From: Octopus bimaculoides
Lineage: Eukaryota
DNA length: 64,000 nt
NCBI RefSeq assembly: GCF_001194135.2
Contig: NC_068987.1
Location: 60,448,171-60,512,170 of the forward strand
Direction of reading: 5' to 3'
Under the pieces are notes generated by a model. It ran no database searches. It was not told the origin of the DNA and saw only the letters and a program-made list of their open reading frames with translations. Position numbers and translations under genes: made by a program. Shown here piece by piece: positions 1 to 12,250 of this stretch (its first letter is position 1; each line of letters opens with the position of its first letter).

Positions 1-39
<39 letters not shown>

Positions 40-445
40 TATAATACGCAAGCACACACACACATATATATATATAGATGAATGATATATGTGTATGTAT
101 ATCCGCATATACATACACATACACATATGTGCCATGCCAGCAGGCAGTATACTCTAAATACTTCTTATGCAGGAAATAAGACAACAATGGCCTTCATAGG
201 CAGGCAACTTTTCCTGAGGATTCTCATGCAAGCTATTGTCAAGATTTTGCAGACATCAGAATCAATATAATTGCCACCTTTTGTTTTTCAATGTCTGAAC
301 TTCGTGGATAAGATGGATGAAGAAATAATGTCTAGGGTATATGTGAAGATGCACTGCATATCATCATCATTATCATTGTCGACGTTATCGTCATTGTCAT
401 CGTTGTCATCATCATCATCATCATCTTCTTCATTATCATAATCAT

Positions 446-785
446 CATCATTTAACATTCATTTTCCATGTTAGCATGGGTTGGAGAGTTCAGCAGAAGC
501 TGGCATGCCAGAGTGCTACTACACCAGACTACATTTGTCTGTTTTGGCATGGTTTCTATAGCTGGATGCTCTTCTTATTAATAACACCACTTAGCAGAGT
601 GTACTGGATGCTTTTTATGTGGCCCCAGCATCAATGCTTTTTATGTGGCACTAGCACAGGTGAGACCAGTATTGGTCCTTATTGTGTGACCCCAGCATTA
701 ATGCTTTTTATGTGGCACCAGCACAGGTGCTTTTTACACGGTGCCAGCAGGGTTGCCAGGCAGTTTGCAAGGCAAAGACCTCTCA
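446..785 (-). mobile_element. SINE-like element, family A (AGGAAGGGCATCC-type core, RTE-like tail ending in (GAT)n)
   Basis: Reverse complement of the tail CCAACCCATGC.AGCATGGAAA..GGAC.TTAAATGATGAT, preceded on + by a (CAT)n tract, with internal copies of the TTTTTATGTGGCAC motif. Confidence 0.75.
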
Positions 786-1334
786 GCTAAGAGAGAGAGA
801 AAGAGAGAGTGGAGCTGAGGAAAGTGGTTGTGGGCGAGATGAGAGGGTAGAGTATAGTAGAGGGATGCTTGTCTACACCAGGGGAGGAGAGGAAGAGGAG
901 AAAGAGTTAGAGAAAGATAGAGAAAGACAGTCAGAGGGAGAAAGATAAAAATGGACGGTGCTGGAGATGTAATGTGGGTCTTTCTATTGGGAACAATAGG
1001 GGGAGTATAAATAGTACCAAGGGGATAGAGAGCAATGTTCCATAAGAGTGTGAGGGGAGATGTTTAGAGATATGGAAGAGATAGCTGTAGCAAGTGACAG
1101 TGAGAGAAAATGGAGCGGCTGAGAAGTGGAGTGTGGTAGATATGTTGGAAAATAGAGAGAGCGCGGATAGGCACATTAGGGAGAGTGGAGAGTGATGTAG
1201 CTGCTATTTCTACCATGCAAAGTAACCACAGAGAGGCTCCATCATTGGCTCATAATTACAAATATATTTGCAAGAATATATAATCAGTAGATCTTGGGAT
1301 CAAAGGTCCTTTCTGAACTATAGACTCATTAGGC

Positions 1335-1540
1335 TGGTTTCCAAGATTCTGTGATGTAAATATTTCCTCCAGGACGAGACACCAGTCCATCACAGGTTTA
1401 CTCACTTTTGTCAGCTGAGTAGACTAGAACAGCATGAAAGGACAAAATGTTTTGCTCAAGAACAATGCATTGCCTGATCCAGGAATCAAAACCTTAATCT
1501 TACAATCTTGAGGACAACACCCCAACCACTAAGCTATATA
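1335..1540 (-). mobile_element. tRNA-derived SINE, family B variant (CTTGAGCAAAAC domain, CCTGTGATGGACTGG tail)
   Basis: Reverse complement aligns by eye with the + copies at 49622-49870 and 63335-63575; degenerate A and B boxes. Confidence 0.65.
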
Positions 1541-1590
1541 TGTCCACATATATTCTTATTCCAGTATCCAGAGGGGTTTTAACAAGTCTT

Positions 1591-1697
<107 letters not shown>

Positions 1698-1957
1698 ACT
1701 GACACATGAAAATAAAGAATAATAAATCAAAATATGAAAAATATCACTAAAAAATATTTATTAATTTCAGTGAGAGGAAAAAAAAATTAGAACATAGCAG
1801 AATCAATTTTTCCTTAAGAGTATAATATCCTGATTAAATATTTAATTATCTATGAAAATATATTCTGAATAAAATATGAAGAAAAAAAGATTTTATTTTC
1901 ATTTTCTTTTACTTTATTTTATTTATTTTTTTGCACATATTCAATTCATAGCAATAT

Positions 1958-2078
1958 ATATATATATGTGTGTATGTATGTATGTATGTATGTATGTATG
2001 TATGTATGTATGTATGTATGTATGCATGCATGCATGTATGTATGTATGTATGTATGCATGTATGTATGTATGTATGTA
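1958..2078. repeat. (TATG)n microsatellite
   Basis: Read directly; source of the YVCM/HTYI pseudo-ORFs. Confidence 0.95.
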
Positions 2079-2239
2079 CAAATGACAAACAAAAAATCAT
2101 GGTTTAAGGTAATCAAATATTTATGAGAGTTTTCTTTTTCTATCCATATATATATTTCATTGGAACTGTGTAGAAGTGTGAGTTTCATCTTGGGATTTAA
2201 TTCATTAAATCACAAATAATTGCTGCTTAATCATCACGA

Positions 2240-2586
2240 TCAATAACAACAGCCAAAACAATTTCATTATTATTCTCATCCCTTTTAACATTATCACCAT
2301 CATCATTATCATCATCATCATCATCATTATCATCATCATCATCATCATCATTACCATCACTACCACCACCACCACCATCACCACCATCATGGTTCTCATC
2401 ATCATTATCATCATCATCACCATTACCATCATCCTCATCCTTATCTCCATCCTCATCATCAGTCTCATTGTTGTCATCGTCATCAGTGTCACCATCATCA
2501 TCAGTGTCGTCATCATCATCATCATCATCATCTCTGCTGTTGTCACCACTACCACCATCACTTCCACCACCTCTGCTATCTCTACT

Positions 2587-2639
<53 letters not shown>

Positions 2640-2690
2640 CATCATCCTCATCATCATCATCTACTTCCTCTTCTTCCTCTTCTTCCTCCA
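2240..2690. repeat. Long degenerate (CAT/CAC/CTT)n trinucleotide tract
   Basis: Read directly; gives poly-D, poly-M, poly-I and poly-S ORFs in different frames. Confidence 0.95.
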
Positions 2691-2839
2691 TACAGTTGCT
2701 ATCCATATGTTATCACAATTGTCAACTATTTTTGTGTAACCATATGATCAAACTTTTGAAGATAACATAAATATCATATCACACATGCACATCTACACGC
2801 TATTTATAGATAAATAGATAGATAGGCAGTGTTAAGGCC

Positions 2840-3265
2840 AGTCCTTCTGGTGGTGTAAAGCACTCATAGCGGTACCAAGTAAAGTGCCTGTGCAGTGCCG
2901 CTTAAAAGCACACTTGTGGTTCCATATAAAAGTACCTGTGCAGTGTCATGCAAAAGCACCCATGTAGTGCTATGTAAAAGCGGCCATGCAGTGCCACATA
3001 AAAGGATCTGTACGGTGCTAGGTAAAAACACCCATGCAGTACCATGTAAAAGCAACGACGTAGTACTATGTAAAAGCACTCAGCACACTCTGTAAAGGGA
3101 GTGGTGTTAGAAAGGGCAGCCAGCCATAGGGACCATGACAAGTTAGATTGGAGTCTGGTGCAGCTCCTCAGCTTGCGAGGTCTGGTCAAGTCATCCAACT
3201 CAAGCCAGCATGGACAATGGACATTAAATGATGATGATGATGATGATGACGACGACGACGATGAT
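2840..3265 (+). mobile_element. Family A SINE-like element with an internal 24-bp minisatellite (~8 units)
   Basis: Units such as CCCATGCAGTACCATGTAAAAGCA at 2885-3080, then AGAAAGGGCAGCCAGC core, CCAACTCAAGCCAGCATGGACAATGGACATTAAA tail and (GAT)n. Confidence 0.8.
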
Positions 3266-3304
3266 GATGATGATGATGATAAGCAGACAAACAGATACAT
3301 ACAT

Positions 3305-3490
3305 ACATCATCATCCTTCAGTGTCTGTTTTCCATGCTGGCATGAGTTGGATGGTTTGGCCACAGCTGCTGACAAGCTGAAGTGCTGCACCAAACTCTAA
3401 TCTGATTCGGCTTGGTTTCTACAGCTGGATATCCTTCCTAATGCCGACCACTTTACAGTGTGTGCTGGGAGCGTTTAACATGGCACGGCA
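3305..3490 (-). mobile_element. Family A SINE-like element
   Basis: GGTTTCTACAGCTGGATATCCTTCCTAATGCC is the reverse complement of the family core; tail-to-tail with the previous copy. Confidence 0.75.
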
Positions 3491-3726
3491 TGAGCATCCC
3501 CACATGGCATAGGCACAAGTGCTTTTTACGTAAATACTAGCGCATGACTCTTGCAGGCCACATACATGCATATATGTATACATACACACTACACAGTCAC
3601 ATGTACATGGATGCATAAATACATACACACACACACATACATAAATATGCTCCACATACTCGTGCTTCATACTTTTTTGTTGTACACATTTCATGACATC
3701 CTGTGCCCACATATGCATATATATAT

Positions 3727-3774
<48 letters not shown>

Positions 3775-4103
3775 NNNNNNNNNNNNNNNNNNNNNNNNNN
3801 NNNNNNNNNNNNNNNNNNNNNNNNNNNNNNNNNNNNNNNNNNNNNNNNNNNNNNNNNNNNNNNNNNNNNNNNNNNNNNNNNNNNNNNNNNNNNNNNNNNN
3901 NNNNNNNNNNNNNNNNNNNNNNNNNNNNNNNNNNNNNNNNNNNNNNNNNNNNNNNNNNNNNNNNNNNNNNNNNNNNNNNNNNNNNNNNNNNNNNNNNNNN
4001 NNNNNNNNNNNNNNNNNNNNNNNNNNNNNNNNNNNNNNNNNNNNNNNNNNNNNNNNNNNNNNNNNNNNNNNNNNNNNNNNNNNNNNNNNNNNNNNNNNNN
4101 NNN
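3775..4103. other. Assembly gap (others at 7866-8694, 23442-23542, 32902-33301, 34511-35370, 35921-36231, 40606-41028, 45707-46474, 47268-47598, 58449-58895)
   Basis: N runs, most flanked by (TA)n, (CA)n, (CT)n or (GGT)n. Confidence 0.99.
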
Positions 4104-4239
4104 ACACATACATACATACATACATACATACATACCTATATACATCCACATACTTAGACACACACATACTCACACACACATGCATACGTGCATACATACA
4201 TGCATACATACATACATACATACATACATACATACATAC

Positions 4240-4270
<31 letters not shown>

Positions 4271-4629
4271 CATACATGCATATATAAAAATGGTTAATAT
4301 GTAGAAGTGTATTACAAGCCTTAATTTTCATTTCTGATTGAGAATCTTTATTTATAGCAGAACAGTTCTTTGAAATGACAGGAACATCATAATTCTTCAG
4401 TAGCATTACCCTTATTAGTCTAAAACATTGTGTCTGATCAATAAAACATTGATTATGGTTTCCAATATTCAGGAATCAAAGATAACTCTTCAACCAAATT
4501 GTTCCACTATTTTCACTTCTAGTTGTGGATTCGATTGTACGAAAGAAGATTAGATCTCGGTAAACCATGGAAATGACTTAGCTTTTATTAGTGGCTGAAA
4601 CCTTTTTTTTTTTTACTTATTATTAATAT

Positions 4630-5625
4630 TATTATTAAAGGCAAAGTTGACCTTGGTGGTCAACTTTGCCTTTCATCCTTTCTGAGTAAATAAAATAAGT
4701 GTCAGTTGAACACTAGAGACAATTTAATTCACTTAACACCAGCCCCAAAATTACTGGCCTTGTGCTAAAATTATTACTGTCCATGCGTAACATGGTAAGC
4801 TGGCTGAATCTTTAACATGCCAGATGAAATGCTTAGAAGCACTTTATCAGTCAATACATTCTGAGTTCAAATTCTGCTGAAGTTGACTTTACCTTTCAGT
4901 GTTTCAGGGTCGATAAAATAAGCACCAGTTGAGCATTGGGGTCAATGTAATTGACTTACACACTGCTCTGAAGTTGCTGGTCTTGTACTAAACTTTGAAA
5001 CCAATATTATTAAAGGTAAAATCAACTGCAGTGGTCGACTTTGCTTTTCATCCGTTCTGGGAAGATGAAATAGGTATCAGTTGAGCATTGGGGTTGATGT
5101 AATTGACTCCCCCCCCCCACTATCCCTGAAATTACTGGCCATGTACCAAAATTCAAAACCAGTACCAATGTCCATGAGTAAGGCGGTGAGCTGACAGATT
5201 CATTGCCAGAAATGTTAGCACGCCAGGCGAAATGCTTAGTGGTATTTCGTCAGCTGCTACGTTCTGAGTTCAAATTCCACTGAGGTTGACTTTGCCTTTC
5301 ATCCTTTCGGGGTTGATTAAATAAGTACCAGTTACGCACTGGGGTCAATATAATCAACTTAATCCTTTTGTCTGTTCTTGTTTGTTCCCTCTCTGTGTAG
5401 CCCCTTGTGGGCAGTAAAGAAATAAGAATCAATTCCATATTGGGCAAAATGCTTAGTGGCACTTCGTCCATTTTTACATTTTGAGTTCAAATTCCACCAA
5501 GGTTGACTTTACCTTTCATCCTTTCAGGGTTGATAAAATAAGTATAAGTTAAACGCCAGAATCAATTTAATTGACTTAGCCTCTCCCCCAAACCTGCTGC
5601 TCTTGTGCCAAAATTTGAAATCATT
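4630..5625 (+). mobile_element. Head-to-tail array of ~5 family C tRNA-SINE copies
   Basis: Repeated A-box-like AGCTGGC.GAATC, B-box GAGTTCAAATTC, central GACTTTGCCTTTCATCCTTT..GGGTCGATAAAATAAGTACCAG and tail CTTGTGCCAAAATTTGAAAC. Confidence 0.85.
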
Positions 5626-5994
5626 ATTAATGTCCACAAGAGAGATGTCATAAATATAGACCTGTTCATCATTATTTTCTTATGTATGATAGTCATTCAT
5701 TGGGATAGCCATGCTAGACATTTAGGTGGTCAGCAGCCATCAATGGTTTCTGTCCTCTGTCACATACAGAACAACTGCAAAATCGAAACCTGTCCAGCCC
5801 TTGATGCTGCTGGTTCAAGATTTTCCTTGTCTGCTTCTTCTTCTTTGTTCTGAGGTAACTCTGCCCTATAACAGCAATCCCCGACCATTTTTTGGCACCA
5901 TGGACAAGTTTCATGCAACACAATTTTTCCAAGGACTGGCTAATAAAAATGGTGTTTATAATATATAATTTAATTATTGCATATATATTGCATC

Positions 5995-6272
5995 ATCATC
6001 ATTATCATCATCGACATTTAATGTCTGCTTTCTATGCTGACATTGCTTGGATTGCTTGACTGGAACTGGTAAAGTCAGGAGCTGCACCAGTTTCCATAGT
6101 CTGTTTTGGCCTGGTTTCTACAGTTGGATGCTCTTCCTAACATCAACCACTTTGCAGAGTGTCCTAGGTGCTTTTTCCATGACGCCATCACCAGTGCTAT
6201 TTCTGTGGCATCAGCACCAGTGATTTTTAGATGGCACCAGCACCCACACCAATGCTTTTTACATGGCACCTT
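5995..6272 (-). mobile_element. Family A SINE-like element
   Basis: GGTTTCTACAGTTGGATGCTCTTCCTAAC core (reverse complement) and (CAT)n tail. Confidence 0.75.
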
Positions 6273-7435
6273 GTATATAAAATGCTTACATAACTCAAAA
6301 AAACCCCTGAAGACCTGCGATAGTCAATGAAATAGAAATAAAATTTTGAAATTTATTCTTTCTGTGTAGCTCCCAATACCAAATGATCTACTGCTCAGTA
6401 CTGGTATATGTCCCAGTGGTTAGGGACCTCAGCCCTTGAGGATGGTTTTGGGCAGGGGTCATGTTAAGATACATGTTCATACAAGGTTTCAATGTAGCGA
6501 AAATTGGTTCTTGGACTAATTAAGAATTAGCTATTCTACATTACCATTATATAGCAGGCAGTTTTCTATATAGCCTAGTTGGTATAACTGTTGTTGTTGA
6601 TATTAACATTGTTTAACCCATCTTTTGGTACATCTATGGATACATTCAGGGCTTTTAAGTCAGTATATGGGCTATAGAGTCAAGGAGAAGTACCCTAATT
6701 ATATGTCAGAACTCTTTCTACGTCAGACAAAAATCTGACAGCCCTATCTTCATTGAATTTTAAAAGGTCACTCTTTCAGCAGGCCCAAAATCATCCTTAT
6801 TCTATCTTGTAAATTTCCTGTCAGTAGCTTTGACTATAGTGTCTACTGTGTCCTTCCTTTTTGAAAAGGTAGGGTGTAATTTGAGAAAAATTTAGCTGCT
6901 ACTTTTAGAAGTCCAAAACAGCCATTAAGGCTTCCTGTGTTTCTGTGACATCACCTTATACTTAATGTACATAACATCCTTATTGAAATTTTTGTTAGCT
7001 GTGTTATTTGAATTTAAATACCACATGTCATTCCTAGCTATTGTCCGTCACACCCCAGAATGTCATGACACCCTGGTTGAAAAACTACTGATATAAATGT
7101 TCTTTCATTGGCTTATCACGTTTCCAGCACTTTAATTGATAAAGATAGTTAAAAGCAATGTCATGTTTCAATATAAATATAAAAATCTCCTGTTTTATCC
7201 TGTAAATCCCAACTAGGATTAAAGATAAACTTTGCCAGGGAATGCAGCATAAGCAATTCCAAAGAACTTAAACGTTGCAAGATAACAATGCTATTAATGA
7301 ATTAAGATCCTGATCACTCAGATACATTCCATCTGTCATTTTGTTTCGGTGGCTATCTCCTGGTTTTCTACGGTGCAAATATTTCCTTCTTAGTCTGCTG
7401 TGATACATCTGTCAAAGATACAGAATAAATTAATT

Positions 7436-7508
<73 letters not shown>

Positions 7509-8884
7509 CATACATACATACATACACACATATATATACATGCATATACATATATATATACATATATATATACATATACACACTATATATATATATATAT
7601 ATATATTTATTTATTATATAATATATATATATATAAATATAAATATATGTATAAATATATATATATATAAATGAAAAATATATGTATATATGTGTGTGTA
7701 TGTATGAATGCATGTATGTATATGGTGGAGTTGTACGTGTGTGCATTTATGTTTGTGTGTGAATGTTATATAGTGGGTATTTTCTATTCAATTTTGGATA
7801 TTTCTGTTATCACCAACAGTTTATGCATATATACATATATATTTATATATATATATATATATATANNNNNNNNNNNNNNNNNNNNNNNNNNNNNNNNNNN
7901 NNNNNNNNNNNNNNNNNNNNNNNNNNNNNNNNNNNNNNNNNNNNNNNNNNNNNNNNNNNNNNNNNNNNNNNNNNNNNNNNNNNNNNNNNNNNNNNNNNNN
8001 NNNNNNNNNNNNNNNNNNNNNNNNNNNNNNNNNNNNNNNNNNNNNNNNNNNNNNNNNNNNNNNNNNNNNNNNNNNNNNNNNNNNNNNNNNNNNNNNNNNN
8101 NNNNNNNNNNNNNNNNNNNNNNNNNNNNNNNNNNNNNNNNNNNNNNNNNNNNNNNNNNNNNNNNNNNNNNNNNNNNNNNNNNNNNNNNNNNNNNNNNNNN
8201 NNNNNNNNNNNNNNNNNNNNNNNNNNNNNNNNNNNNNNNNNNNNNNNNNNNNNNNNNNNNNNNNNNNNNNNNNNNNNNNNNNNNNNNNNNNNNNNNNNNN
8301 NNNNNNNNNNNNNNNNNNNNNNNNNNNNNNNNNNNNNNNNNNNNNNNNNNNNNNNNNNNNNNNNNNNNNNNNNNNNNNNNNNNNNNNNNNNNNNNNNNNN
8401 NNNNNNNNNNNNNNNNNNNNNNNNNNNNNNNNNNNNNNNNNNNNNNNNNNNNNNNNNNNNNNNNNNNNNNNNNNNNNNNNNNNNNNNNNNNNNNNNNNNN
8501 NNNNNNNNNNNNNNNNNNNNNNNNNNNNNNNNNNNNNNNNNNNNNNNNNNNNNNNNNNNNNNNNNNNNNNNNNNNNNNNNNNNNNNNNNNNNNNNNNNNN
8601 NNNNNNNNNNNNNNNNNNNNNNNNNNNNNNNNNNNNNNNNNNNNNNNNNNNNNNNNNNNNNNNNNNNNNNNNNNNNNNNNNNNNNNNNNNNNNNGATATT
8701 CTTTTGTTTGTAAAATTACTTCTCATCTGATGATTACAGTTTTTTTCTGATGGAGTAATGTTCTATTTCTTCTATTAAAAAATGCATAAGAAACAGTTGT
8801 AATGAACTGACAATTATCCATTGTCCATATGGACAATTATCCATATATATATATATATATATATGATATATATATATATATATG

Positions 8885-8922
<38 letters not shown>

Positions 8923-8924
8923 AG

Positions 8925-8955
<31 letters not shown>

Positions 8956-9584
8956 TGTATGTATGTATGTATGTATGCATGTATGCATGCATGCATGTAT
9001 ATTATATTTGCATTCTCTTAGCACCGTTCAGCTGCTAACTGTGAGTCATATAGAAACAATCAGCTTATTGAAATTCCTCATATCTTCGATATGGAAAAAG
9101 TGTCTAACTTACAGTCTTAATAAATTTCTATTTGATCATATACTGTCTGTGATTATTGACTTTAGAGAGCCTCTAAAGCCAATAAGGTACAGCCTGTTTT
9201 TTCCATACCAAATCAATGAAGAATGGCCAATGTTCTTAAGGCAACCTGTTTACTTACTTTGTCAACTCAGAGATAAAAATGGTAATTTCACCATAATGGA
9301 ATTTAAGTTCAAAGAATAGGGGAAAAGAGCCAGTCATCTCTGGCATTGTTTGGAACCACTAATATCTGCAAGAACAGCACTTTTTGTCTAAAACTTTAAG
9401 CCTAATAGAAAGATAGATTATTTCTAAAGACTAGTCATTATCACTTAGTTTCAGGCTAGCCTTCATCTGGCAGACTTATAATCAAAGACATTCCCACTAT
9501 GACCATCCTGTTTTTATTTTTTTCAGACAATGTCTCTAGGACCACATTATTACATTTGCTCTTTTACCCCCCCCCCCCACCGTT

Positions 9585-9775
9585 CCTAACCATCCTTCTG
9601 GTAAAATACACTTTCTTTGTTTCAATTAATTTTGAAAATACTGAAAATAACATTGGTGAATGGAATATAAATTTATATGAAATTTTGATAGCAAGTTTTA
9701 ATTTAGATCACTCTAAAACAGGAAGTTTGTATCACAGAACTAGAAACCGATTGAAATGGGTTGGTATCAAAACAG
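9585..9775 (+). mobile_element. Degenerate piggyBac-type MITE copy
   Basis: Internal sequence (ATGAAATTTTGAT..AAGTTTTAATTTAGATCAC) matches the reverse complement of the 11600-11819 and 11830-12035 copies. Confidence 0.6.
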
Positions 9776-9924
9776 CACTAGATTTGAAAGAGGTGTAGCT
9801 GCTATTTCTAGCAGGCCACATGATCATCAAGGTTTCCTTGATGACATTTCAAGTACTAGGGCTTATTGTCTTTGTTTTTTTAATATGGGTCCCTAATCTC
9901 GTGGGCTCATAGGTATTGTTGCCA

Positions 9925-10135
9925 CGTTAGAAGCATCTGTGCCAGTACTGTGTAAAAAGCACCCAGTACACACTGTAAAGTGGTTGACATGAGGAAGGGC
10001 ATCCAATTTTAGAAACCATGCCAAAACAGACATAGAGCCTGAATAGCCCTTCAGCTGGTCAGCTTCTGTCAAACCGTCCAACCCATGCCAGCATGGAAAA
10101 CGGACGTTAAATGATGATGATGATGACAATGATGA
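9925..10135 (+). mobile_element. Family A SINE-like element
   Basis: GAGGAAGGGCATCCAA core; GTCCAACCCATGCCAGCATGGAAAACGGACGTTAAATGATGATG tail. Confidence 0.8.
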
Positions 10136-10912
10136 TGATAATAGTGATGATGAGGATAATGATGATGCTTGTATCCCATTGTGATTAAACATGTATATCT
10201 CTGTCTATATATATTTAAATGTATACTTAACAGAAATTTTCCTATCTATGAATATATTTACATATCTATGAATATATTTATGCTTAGCTCATAAATGAGT
10301 TAAACCTAAAGTGATGAGGCATTCATTCCCCCCCACCACCACCACCACGCCTCCTGTTTCATCTGAACAACTGTTCTGTTCTACATGCCTTCTTTTGTGA
10401 TTGTTGAAATTCTTTCGACAAAATGGCATTAAAAGTGCTACCAGGTTTCATCTTTTGACATACAACCTTTTACAACAACAAAGTGTTGCTCATATTTCCA
10501 TGTCTTTCTTCCTGTATATAAACTGGCATGTTTAGACTATATTGCCTGTAGAAAACCTTCAACAATATTTCCTGGCAAATGTCATCGACAATATTGTCAT
10601 CGGGAGATTAATGGCACTTAACTTTACTATTGGCTGTAATAAATAATATACATCACAGAAAATGATACAAACATTGATCTGACTTTGTTAGGCTTTGCCA
10701 TTGGCTGACATGTCAGATGTCAGAGGATATGACACAGACTAACCAGTGACAAATACATTCAACTTATCATATTTATTATTTGTTCTCTCTTGCGATTTTG
10801 AATGGCGGGCAAATATTTGGATGGAAGAGAAACTGGATGTTAAACTCAAATAAACTGAGGAAGAGAAGTGAAACATTGCAATATATATACCATTGTGAAT
10901 GGGTTTTTTTTC

Positions 10913-11533
10913 ACTCTTTAGCATTTAAACCGGCCATATCCAGCCAAAATATTCTGTCTGCTTTATGTTCAAACTTTCAGATCTAGCCTCTTACACTAAC
11001 CCTACAATATCATTCTAAAAATTAACAGTTACCTCATCAAAATTTCATAGCTACAAGATTGTTTGTTGGCACTCCGTCACTTACAACGATGAGGGTTCCA
11101 GTTGATCCAATCAACGGAACAGCCTGCTCGTGAAATTAACGTGCAAGTGGCTGAGCACTCCACACATACGTGTACCTTTAACGTAGTTCTCGGGGATATT
11201 CAGCGTTACACAGAGTGACAAGGTCGGCCCTTTGAATTACAGGCACAACAGAAACAGGAAGAAAGAATGAGAGAAAGTTGTGGTGAAAGAGTACAGCAGG
11301 GTTCGCCACCATCCCCTTCCGGAGCCTCGTGGAGCTTCAAGTGTTTTCGCTCAATAAACACTCACAAGGGCCGGTCTGGGAATCGAAACCGCGATCCTAT
11401 GACCGCAAGTCTGCTACCCTAACCACCGGGCCATTGCGCGTCCACACCTACAAGATAATGCATGATTAATTCAAAACAATGTGAATAAAAAAGTGTTCAT
11501 TTTGACACAATAATGTGAACTCTAAAGGATTAA
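10913..11533. mobile_element. piggyBac-type MITE interrupted by a SINE
   Basis: Degenerate termini (CACTCTTTAGCATT ... CTCTAAAGGATTAA); the halves rejoin across a duplicated CTACAAGAT. Confidence 0.55.
11060..11447 (-). mobile_element. Young full-length tRNA-derived SINE, family B, with 9-bp TSD
   Basis: TSD CTACAAGAT at 11051-11059 and 11448-11456; head with A box (TGGCCCGGTGG) and B box (GTTTCGATTCC); (AACA) tail; closely similar to 14376-14756 and 50790-51170. Confidence 0.9.
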
Positions 11534-11599
11534 AAGGGTTTTTGTTTTTAGGCTTTTTTATGGGTGGGGGGGGGGTAGTACAAATGAAGTGGTATAGTT

Positions 11600-11819
11600 T
11601 TAACCCTTTCAATTCAAACCTACCTCTAGTTCTATGATATAAAGTTCTCAATTTAAAGTGATCTGAATTAAAATCTTACATCAAAATTTCATGCTAATTT
11701 TATGTTTGAAGCACCAGCTTAATAATGACAAAATTATTTGAATAAATTCATCATTATTTTAATAATTTATTGAGACAAAGCAGAGTATTTCAACTGAATT
11801 ATGGTAACGGAAAGGTTAA
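11600..11819. mobile_element. piggyBac-type MITE with TTAA at both ends
   Basis: TTAA-CCCTTTC ... GAAAGG-TTAA; TTAA TSD and CCC termini are the piggyBac signature. Confidence 0.75.
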
Positions 11820-11829
11820 TATCAACCTA

Positions 11830-12035
11830 CCTAAGATCACTTTTAGTTTTATGGCACAAAAATCCTGCTTTGAAGTGTTCTGATTTAAAACTTTCCATCA
11901 AAATTTCATGCTAATTTATGTTCTAAACACCAACTAATAATAGCAAAATCATTTTACTAAATTCTTCATTATTTTCAAAATTAATTAAAACAAAACCAAT
12001 CTATTCCATCAAAAATATAGTTATGAAAGAGTTAA
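11830..12035. mobile_element. Second, diverged copy of the same MITE in tandem
   Basis: Shares CATCAAAATTTCATGCTAATTT and ends GAAAGAGTTAA. Confidence 0.65.
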
Positions 12036-12220
12036 AGGATAAGAATAAGCAAATCAAAAGTACATTGCTTCCACAATGTATTGCATGTTCTATAATTCTC
12101 ATCAAGGAGAATGCTATGTGCAAATGACTTGTTTTCATTATATAAAGGTAAAAAAAAAAACTGGTGTGATCTGATATCTGAAAAAATATTAGCAGTGCAA
12201 TGAAAAGTCGAATGACTCAC

Positions 12221-12250
12221 CTTGCAGTTTGTTTACTGCATGACACAGGC
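12221..12250 (-). other. Candidate 30-nt exon on the minus strand (unconfirmed)
   Basis: Reverse complement: ...caatttctccag|GCCTGTGTCATGCAGTAAACAAACTGCAAG|gtgagt; two open frames (xLCHAVNKLQ or PVSCSKQTA). No homology recognised. Confidence 0.2.

Noticed and set aside
682-1200. GA-rich ORFs
   Set aside because: Low-complexity purine tract with no recognisable domain.
2227-2706. Asp-rich 159-aa ORF resembling an acidic biomineral protein
   Set aside because: It lies wholly in a (CAT)n-type tract like many others in the window; several frames are open on both strands; no signal peptide or splice support.
2885-3080. CRISPR-like or repeat-protein reading of the 24-bp units
   Set aside because: Units are contiguous with no unique spacers, lie inside a SINE-like element, and the DNA is eukaryotic.
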